From the NCBI RefSeq assembly GCF_902459465.1, contig NC_047067.1, positions 17,422,001 through 17,486,000 of the forward strand: 64,000 nt of DNA, in the 5' to 3' direction. Below are positions 11,424 to 21,500 of the stretch, piece after piece (the stretch's first letter is position 1; each line of letters opens with the position of its first letter). The notes beneath the pieces were generated by a model. That model made no database searches. It saw only the letters and a list, made by a program, of their open reading frames with translations, and was not told the origin of the DNA. Origin of the DNA: Asterias rubens (lineage: Eukaryota). Position numbers and translations under genes: made by a program.

Positions 11424-14400
11424 GTAAGTTTATTCCAAATTTATATGCTGTTTACTCACGGTCTGTATTTTCGTTAGGCTTTATCATGCTGAGAATAAAG
11501 TTTCCTGTCGAAGGTTATGCTCAAACATTTAGTAGAGTAGACCATGGACTCTGGAGGTGTAGACCCAGTTACTGGGGCGCTGTACTCCTTTTTTTCGAAA
11601 TTTTGACATGTTTATATAATGTCAAAATTTCGAAAAAAAGGAGTACAGCGCCCCAGTTACTGGGTCAGCGGAGGAGAGTCCAAACTGGGCAAATGCAAGG
11701 CCTGCAAACTTCTAGAAACTATTTTAAGGCTCCGGGGGAGCCTTATTTATAGTTTCTAGAAGTACGCAGTCGCAGGGCCCCCAACCAAGGGAACCTTAAA
11801 ATGTGCACCACTCCAGAGATGCCAAGTTCAGGGGCCAGCTATGCGTGAGATTTTACAACCCCCCCCCCTTTGTGAAGTAGTGCACTTCCCATTTTTTCCC
11901 CCCGTTGCTCATTATTTGTTTGTCCCATCCATTCCCATAATGGTTCTTTACCAGTCCCGTTTATATCCCATTCACCATTTATTTTTCGTACAAGCAAATG
12001 CAATCATACAGAAAACAAAAACTTAAAAAAAAGTACTACCACATGGAGTTGAGGCGGCAGGTAAAAAGCAGAGCTTGTCGAGTACGGACCCCCTATCTAA
12101 CAAAGAAAGCAATGTAAGCAATTCTATCGGGTGGTTAAATCTTAAGAAAATGTTGCGGCAAAAATTAGTTTAGGGCGACTTGCACACTTCTTGATATAAA
12201 AAAGCTCAAGTAAGCGGGGTTGCTCAGAAACGATTTCAACAACCTCCACTATGGGAGTTTTGTGCACAGAGCTGTCGGAGAGAAAAACAAAATGTACAAT
12301 GGGTAATTTCGATCCCAGTATCATCAATCTTCAAAATGTTACCACCACAGGATTGCCATGTTCAAGGGCTTTCCTCTCGTACAAAACTTAATGCTCTGAC
12401 TATTTCTAAGGCGGGGCTAGATTCGACGGAGTGAGCAGGCACCCATTAGAAATTGACGTACACTGTGCGTGTATACTATGTAAATTACAAGAAGAACAAA
12501 CGTAAAATGATTTTTTCCCTAATACAGTGAGAAATGAATTTAAATGAAATAGATTTAAACAAAATACCTAACAGTACATGTAATAGAATAAAAGGTGTGT
12601 TATAAGAATAGTACTAGGGAAACATGGGCCCCACAGTGCTGAAAAAACCTTGTCATCCATTAGAGGCGTTTTGTCGTCACTCAGGTTGGGGAGCAAGGAA
12701 ACTTGTAAAAACACACGGAAATCCCAGAGCTGCCAGGACACATCATGTTATGCATCAACAAATCTTTATATTATATTATATGGATATTCTTTTGAATATT
12801 TTATTTGTGCATCTAGATTCATGGTTGGTTGAATATAAGTGGGTGGTTGTTGCAAACTTTGATCCTTTTGATCATCATCAGGGCATGTAACTTCAAGGGC
12901 TGATGGTTGCACGTTTGGTATTGTCACTATTAAATTGGGTTCCATTGTGTGCTGTCTGTTACCTTTCATACTCCCCACTACGGACCGACAAAATTATCTT
13001 TGGATAACGACATCCTAACTGCAAATAATTCGACAAACCGAGATAATTATGTAGGGCCTTCTTAATTACACTTGGCACCATTTTTTATTTTCTTAGATAC
13101 AAAATTCATAGTCAGTTGACCATGGCATTTCAATCCATGAAGAAATTTTGCTTGCACTCATAAGTGGGCTTTGTGTCAAACAGCAGTGCGCAGTGACAGG
13201 GTGGATGAAGATTCTACGCCCTGCAGCATATCATTCCAAGCTGCTGGACACAATCTTCCAGAGAAACACTTTCCCTTAGTATTTTCTATCCTCACTTCTG
13301 TAGACAATTTTTACCCCACTAAAATTGCTCTAGCAAACAAAATTTGTTGACTAATGTTTCAATAAGTAGGATTTGAAACTTTTCATGGTGGAAATACGAT
13401 ATAGAAAGGTTTGCGGTAACACCATGTAATGACTATCTCTAATGAGTTGGGGTGGTTCTGAAAAGAACCATTGGTTTCAACTCGATGTTTCGATCAGTGT
13501 ACTCTGATCGTCTTCTGGAGACTGCTTTCTCCAGAAGACGATCACAGCATACTGATCGAAACGCCGATTGAAACCAACGGTTCTTTTTAGAACCACCCCA
13601 ACTCATTAGAGATAATCATTACATGGTGTTAACGCAAACCTTTCTACATCGTTTCAAAGATACTTTCAAAGTTTGAAGGCCTACTTACAAAATGTTTTGT
13701 TTTTTTACACGGTAGAAAATGCCTTGGTGCCCTACGCCTTCAAGAATGAAGCATCAGGCATGCATTGACTAACACTTGACTAAAATCAGTGGGGAATTAG
13801 AAGTAGGCGTACGAGCCAAGACATTGGATTCTTTTTATTAAAATCTGACGAAATGATTTCCTATTGATTTATACACACAGGGGACTCAAGTACGTCAGTA
13901 AACATCGAGAGGAGCGGATAAGATGCATCGGAGAAGAGCTCGCTAGAGGGCGCTATGATGTTGTTACTCTACAAGAGGTACATTCAGTTTGCCAAAGGGG
14001 GGAGGGGGGGGGGACACGGTGGTGTCAGTATTTGAATGTAATTATAATTATAATACTGTATGTAAAAATATTTCACAATGTATGAACGTTGAGGGTCCAT
14101 CGAGTTAGTCCTAATAACTTATGGAAACAACTAAATGGCCATTGCCTAGGTGCCCCTAAAATGGCTCAAAAAGAAATTTAAATCATTCTCATAGAGGTGC
14201 CCTTGGTATTAACATGCCCTGACGAGAATGGAATATCAGGCTTGAATCTCTGTAGACGTGTACACTATATTTTCCGGTTTCCACAAGAACACAAGTTTGG
14301 GTTTGGAACAAACATTATAACCAGCTGACTACATGTGTGTAAAAAAAAGAATGTTAGGTGATAATAAACTTAATGAAGTCAATTAGTACAATTTGTAAAA

Positions 14401-15488
14401 TTTTAGTGTTTCTTTTTTATGCCATACAATTTCATTAGGTCTGGGTTGAGAAAGATTATGAATCAATCTGTGACAAGGTGAAGAATGTCCTGCCACATCA
14501 TCATTATTTCCACAGGTAAATTATATATTTGTTTTTTCATAGAGGCATCTTATTCGTAAGTCAGCTATTATGATGTTTGTGAGCGCCATCTTGGCTTGTA
14601 GACCCTGTTGATCTTAACAGTTTCAAATAGACCCCTTGGGTCACCATGGTTGAGGTCAAACAATGCACAACTCTTGGCCAATGATGATAGGTCTTCCTTT
14701 GACCTCAGTTAAGCCGGCCTCAGGTCGACCTTGCGTCAACAAAAAATAGTCGGCAACTGACTTTTCAGGATCACATTGCGCCTGAGCTAAGACTATGGGG
14801 AACTTTTCCGTCGGCGATTATTTACGACCTGATCGTAACTGCGATGATTTTAAGACAATCTGAAACAATTGCCGCTCGAAAAAAATTAACAGTCTCAAGA
14901 GTTGAACAGTTTCAACTTGTACGACATGATCCCGACATTCAGGAACCAATCGCAGGTGCACGATTTCTCAGTTTCATGCTCCTTCGCTTCGCTCATCCGC
15001 ATGAAAAACAGTTTCATTCTAAGAACAGCCTCAATGATTACACTATACGACAAAATGATTCAATTTCTGAATTATTTTAATGACAACTTTGGATAAGGGC
15101 CAGGATTCAGATGCCCTTTGAGATAAGGGCCAGGATTCAGATGCCGATTACCCTGGAGTAATTCATAACAATAATATTATTTCTTTAAAAACATTCAGAT
15201 TAAATTATAAGCAAAATACTGTTTTGACAACTCATTAAATATGAAACTAATAATCCATAATTTTTCATGATACATTTCAATTGAAAATCTATTTGAAAAG
15301 AAATTACATAATTCAATATCACCAATAATTCCACCGAGGAATTTTAGCCCTTACGGCTCTTCGGATTATCTGTCCGGCCAAAAAACTCATTAATAACAAA
15401 GAATTCACCTCTCTCAAGTTCCAATCATGAAACTTTGGCCCTTGAGGCTCTACTGAACTTTGTCCTCAGTCCATTTCTCTTCACCGAA

Positions 15489-15537
<49 letters not shown>

Positions 15538-18500
15538 ACCAATCAATTCTAACTCCTTTACTTTTCGCACAGAGACCTCGATAAGGCCAAGCGAGTTTCT
15601 ATATCCCGCTTAATGTACCTGTTTTTGGCTTGTTGGGTTTTCCACCTACCATGCTGCATGATTAACTCTTCCGATATACCCTTATTGGCCAAATGAGTAG
15701 CGCCTCCAGAACGCATGCTATGTAAACCAAAAGACTGCGGACGCTCTATGCCAATTTGTTTCATTGCATCTAAAAAGATTTCCCTGCATCTGGTATAACT
15801 AAGAGGTTTGTGCTTTACCGGTTTGTAAGATTTTGTGCTCGAATGAAATGATAAGGCTGTAAATACATACACATCTTCGCCACATTGTATATCACATTGA
15901 TGCATATATCTACGTAACATTGTTACTGGACAGTAAGTATTCTGTGTGCACGACAAAAAAGTAGTGTTGCCATCTCTAAAAATGTCCGTTTTAGAACGGG
16001 GAATAAAAATTCTCAACCCGGCTTGATTTTCTAATTCAGTGATGTGGCATGCTTTTAGTTGTGCCATCTCATCGTGTCTGAACAGAAGAGAAAACATTAA
16101 CGTCACATAACAAGCCGTCCTTAATTGTATGAGACTACTTTCTTGATTAGCGAATTTATCAGCTATAGATCTCACATGATCAATTGTTAAAGGTTCCTTC
16201 TGCTCTGGGGGTTTATGCAGTGATTTTCTTTGGCTGATTACAATCTGTTTCAGTAGTGGAGAGTCTACTGGGTTTGACTCGATATTCAGGAGAGAATGAA
16301 GCCATTTAATTGCAGCGGAAATCGTAATTATTGAACTTTCAGATTGCGACAAATTACTCTTATCGATGATAAAAGCAGCAACAACAGTGTCTTGAACTGG
16401 GAATCGGAGAGGAATTTTATGAGCAACCAACCAAGCGAAAAAATCTCTGCATTTATAAAGATAACTGTTTAGAGTACTCTCTGCTTTGGCTAACAAAATA
16501 TCCTGAAAAATTTGTTCCTTGAATGCGTCTATACTGTTGGGAAAGCTTGACCAAAAATCTTGACTGCGAATGACCTATACAGCAATTAAGAGAAAATTAA
16601 TTAAGAATAAATAATCAACTCATGTAACTTAATCAAATCTCAGTACAATCAATATATATGGCACATACTGGACTAGTAAACGTATCTGAGCCCAAATAAG
16701 AATTCTTGTTATTCCCCAACTCTAAGATGTCTGAACCTTCAAGAGTTATCATTCCCGTAATCCATGTTCTGTAACAAGACCATAACAAAGGCCAAAAGGG
16801 GGAGGAGGGCCACCAGGGGAAAACAAGGGCTCCTCTGCCTTTACATAAGTACAAATGTCTTAGAACACTAGGGATCAAAAGTACAGGGGGCACTAACAAA
16901 CAATTCTCTTTTGACCAATCCTGTGCTAAGGCATCTACGCCGGCTGTATTTGGATTCCAAAATCTGGAAAAGAAGCGGGACACTTTAGCATTATAATAAC
17001 TTGCAAAACAGTCAACTGAGAAAGGACCCCATGTATCATTGATTATGCTGAAGAATTTGTCTGAAATCATCCAATCATCTAAATCGATCAATCTACTGAC
17101 AAAGTCTGCTTTGTCATTCATGGTTCTTGGTATCCATTCTACTTCTAGACGCACATTGTTATTAATACAAATATTGAAAATATCAATTGCCAAACTATGT
17201 AAATCCACCTTCATGCTTCCTACTTCCACTATACGAGCTGCTGACTGACTATCTGTGAAGATTTTGAGTTGTGAATTGGATACTATTGGCAGGAATGATG
17301 AAATTGCAAATAATATTGTATCCAATTCTCGCCAAGTGGAACTTCTTTTTGCCTCAACTTCAGTCCAATTTTTGTGAGCTGTATGGATATCATTACATAA
17401 TATAGCACCAGATCCCACTGCACTTGCATCCCCACATACTATCTTGTTCACTCTGGTGGAAACAAATAGATAACGCACATTTCTTTTTGAAGCATTACTC
17501 TTCCAAAATTCAATTTCTGACAAGCACAAATTATCAAGTTTGATAATATCGTCTTCATGATGAGCCTGTGATATTTTCACTTGGCAGTTCCTAGTGGATA
17601 GTCTAGTTAAATTACCAACAACAGGGCCCAGAGATATGATCTGGCCTACAAAAGAATGTAGCTTGCGAATTGTGACAACGTCTGCAGAAGTCAACTCATT
17701 GATAGTGCGCAGAATTTTATCAACGCGCCTCTGGGAAACTCGCAAAGTGCCCTCTACGGAGTCCCAATGCATGCCAAGCCAAACAATTTGGTTAACAGGA
17801 TTCCAGCAAGATTTGTCCATGTTATAAACTAAACCAGATCTTATCAAATCAACTTTTACATGTTGGGAGATTTTACTTGCAATGTGAAAATCATTTGTGT
17901 TATTATCACATGAAGCAGGTACCACCACAAAACCATCATCTAAGTACAGGGCAATGAGAATGCCACACGATCTCCAGTGGGTCACGAGTGGTTTCATCAT
18001 CTTGGTGAATAATAATGGTGCGGAAGACAACCCAAATGGAAGAACAGTAAACTCAAAATATCTGCGAACATTGTTTATGATCCAAGAAAAACCCAAGTAT
18101 TTCTGATAGTCGGAAGAGATATCAATGTGGTGATACCCTGATTTCAAATCAAATGAAAACAAGTAAGCATTCTTTGAAAGAAATTGAAGACCTACTTTCC
18201 AGTCATCTAATTTAAAATGCATCTTTGGGACATACTCATTTACGTTAATCAAATCCAAAATCAACCTTCTTTTACCAGATGCCTGATATGCAACAGAAAG
18301 GGGATTGACAACAAATGAAGGGTTTAATTTTTCTTCTATTCTACCAGAGCTTAATAACTCTGAAATTGTCTCCGTCACAAAGGAATCTTCCTTAATTGCC
18401 GACTTGTTATTTTTGAAAAACATGGATGGTGGTGATGTAATGAAAGGAATGCGGTAACCCTCATTGATAACAGACAAAACCATGGATGATGCCCCTATAT

Positions 18501-21500
18501 GAAACCAAAATTGTGAGTGAGCTCGTAACCTGCCTTTCACATTGACTTTATCAGAAATTAAATTCTTAATACTGCTATCCTGATAATCACATCGTACCTC
18601 CAACACGTCAGCAAACTTATGTGACAGGCTTGCCACCTTAAGAGACGCTTGAGCCTGACGTTGATGGCGCTGCAATTGACTCTGCGGGCTTGAATGAGCC
18701 TGTGGGCGTGGTTCCCGCAATTGCTGGTAGGAAGTTGTACCCTGTTCGATGAAAGGCGGGAGCTTGCCATGGAACCGACACACCTCTGGAGTGGAAAGTG
18801 TTGTATCCAAGGGGAAGAGCCGTCTGAGCTCGGGATCGGACTCGGTGTGACAGTGGGGGGCCTGTTGCGTAGGGACACTCCCGGGCCCAGTGGCCAGGCA
18901 TTCTGCAGCTGAAACACACATCATTTGGCATGCCTAAAATGTATAATGAGAAAAAATACAAACAGCGAGAAAAACTGGAACTTCATATAAGGAAAACACG
19001 AACAATATGGGTAACCAGCAGTGAACGACCTGAAAGAACTCACTGGTCACTACCGTAGCTTTATATATCCGAATGCTTTAATGCTTCGGTGAGTTTACAT
19101 CAATTCTAGGCGTGGCTCCCTTGAACCATGACCAACACTTTGCATTGAACGGGGGGCACACTCCCATCATTGATGCTATCCCAACGAATGAAACTAAATT
19201 TTCATGCTCCTTCGCTTCGCTCATCCGCATGAAAAACAGTTTCATTCTAAGAACAGCCTCAATGATTACACTATACGACAAAATGATTCAATTTCTGAAT
19301 TATTTTAATGACAACTTTGGATAAGGGCCAGGATTCAGATGCCCTTTGAAACAACCAAAGACAAAAGGGGGAATTTAACGTTTTACCTCGAAAAAGACTA
19401 CGGTCACCAAAATTCTTGAAAACCACCCCATCTTGCTGTCGTCTATCCGAAGTCTTTTGTTTCTTTCTTCCTTCCAATTCTTTGAGAGCAGCGTCCTCAG
19501 CTATCTGCACCTTCTTCTGATCTTCGGAAGACTGGTCTCTCTTGCCGCCCTTCTCTAACTGTTGAATGGTGATCCAACCTGCTCTACTGCTATCAGCGAT
19601 CTTGATCTTTTGCTTTCTATCCGCTAAAAGGTCCTCAGCCTCGTGAATAGCTTCGACGACCTTGTCTGTATCACCCTTCTGCAAAAAGGCGACTTTTATT
19701 TTATCTAGAATAATCTCTAGCTGTCCACAAAACAGCAATTGGGCAGAATTACCGGGCTTGGTCAACTCCTTCGCTTCCAATTTTATTTTGAGTTCCTTCA
19801 CCGCTGTTTCATCTGTGATAGTGGAGTTAGCCAACTTGTCGAATTTCTTGTCGAAATAACTCTGAAACTTTTCAAACAAAAGCTCAGTGCTTAAAGCAGA
19901 ACCGTGCTCCTCTGCATTAGCCATAACACTATCAGAACTTCATATAAGGAAAACACGAACAATATGGGTAACCAGCAGTGAACGACCTGAAAGAACTCAC
20001 TGGTCACTACCGTAGCTTTATATATCCGAATGCTTTAATGCTTCGGTGAGTTTACATCAATTCTAGGCGTGGCTCCCTTGAACCATGACCAACACTTTGC
20101 ATTGAACGGGGGGCACACTCCCATCATTGATGCTATCCCAACGAATGAAACTAAATTTGTTGTGACCTGAGCATATTTTGTCTGTGCATTGTCGACGGTT
20201 AGTTGCGGGCGCAAGAAAATCGTAGGTCTACCTGAGGCCGGCTTAAGAGTACTGTAAGGATTTGTGACATCATACATGTCACAAATGTAAGGGTTTTGTA
20301 TTTTTTGGAACATTCGATTGTTTATTTCACCTCCATGGTAACCTTGTTGTCAGTGGGGTACGATCTTGCTGTACCATTACTTAACAGAATACCTTGCTCA
20401 ATCATAGCTCCTTGGTGGATTTTGAAATTTCAAAATATATTGGCTGATTGGGTATTTTATTAGTGCTGGGGTATGATCCGTAATGCAGTTTAGGGTCAGT
20501 TTAGGATGACGTTATAAATCATATTTGAAGTGATTTTGGCACATGCATTCTAAGCCCCTTACATTCAAGCACCCTACCAAGCATTTGAATGTTTTTAACA
20601 AGCTTGCGCGCAGAGCAGTCACTTTAAACCAATCCGCATTGTTTTTTTCACCACATCTCTTCCAGATTGATCGGGAGAGCTGCCTCCCTGGATCCTGGTT
20701 TAAATCCTACCAGGGGTAGAACTAAACTAAAAGTCTTAGGTTTAGACTCTACATTGGTCCTTGAGTCTTGTGGGTTTTTAGACCGTCTCGCATTACTGAT
20801 ATTTCCTCCCACATCTGCAAAACATTGTAATAATAACTAGACATTAGGTGTGTGTGAACAAACACAAAGCTGTTCCGTGTTCTTTTGCTTTGATTATGTG
20901 TTAACATTACCAAGGAGTCTATAACTGAATGTTTGAAAAATACTGTACAGTGTCTTGAGTTACGGTGCCACTTCATGGGGTCACGGTAACCTAAGGCTAA
21001 TCTCTAACGCCCAAGGAGTCTGTAACTGAAAAAAAGTTAGAAAATCGGTTGTGTAGTTCTTGAGATATGGTGCCACTTCTGGTTGACCCGGAAGTAGAGG
21101 TCAACTTGGGGTCATGGATTTTCAAAGTTTATTTTTTATGCCTTAGGAGGATAAAACTGAACAAACAGGATTGAAAATCGGTTGTATAGTACTTGGCGTA
21201 TGGTCCCACTTCCGGTTCACCCGGACGTAGAGGCCAACATGGGGTCACGAGTTTTCACAGTCAATATTAATGTCAAGGAGTCTGTAAGTGAAAACAAATT
21301 GAAAATCGGTTGAGTAGTTCTTGAGATATGGTCCCACTTCCGGTTGACCCGGAAGTAGAGGTCAAATTGAGGTCACGGTTTTTCCAAATTTTTCTCCTAT
21401 CCCCAAGGAGTCTTATAACTACAAACAGTCGACATTCTTAAAGAAGAATGTCGTCTTCCTGTGATAATTTATCTCGGAATGTCGACATCCTAAAAGTAGG

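Larger units (their letters stand above)
14972..20158 (-). mobile_element. Intact PAT-like tyrosine-recombinase retrotransposon (DIRS order) with split direct repeats A1-B1A2-B2
   Basis: Open gag, RT/RH/MT-like and YR ORFs. Repeat A 19935-20158 = 18978-19201 (224 bp) and repeat B 19200-19349 = 14972-15121 (150 bp), both identical by eye. No target-site duplication. Confidence 0.95.
14713..20242. mobile_element. TTAA-flanked MITE (~343 bp) split by the YR retrotransposon: pieces 14713-14971 and 20159-20242
   Basis: TTAA|GCCGGCCTCAGGTCGACC at 14709-14730 and GGTCTACCTGAGGCCGGC|TTAA at 20225-20246 (inverted, 1 mismatch). Confidence 0.85.

Noticed and set aside
14844-15096. Short + strand ORFs (78 and 64 aa) and their near-twins at 19112-19324, 19078-19281 and 20035-20313
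   Set aside because: They are incidental readings of repeats A and B; the identical peptides simply reflect the DNA repeats.
15558-16496. Phage integrase / prophage or bacterial contamination
   Set aside because: The YR is part of a eukaryotic retrotransposon with gag, RT/RH and split repeats, lying inside an intron of a spliced host gene.
19387-19924. Gag-YR fusion using the gag intron donor
   Set aside because: The donor is phase 1 while both YR acceptors (16574, 16502) need phase 0; the join goes out of frame and terminates early.
14972-20158. Classical DIRS1 (inverted terminal repeats plus ICR) or LTR retrotransposon
   Set aside because: The termini are direct split repeats, not inverted; there is no DDE integrase, TG..CA ends or TSD.
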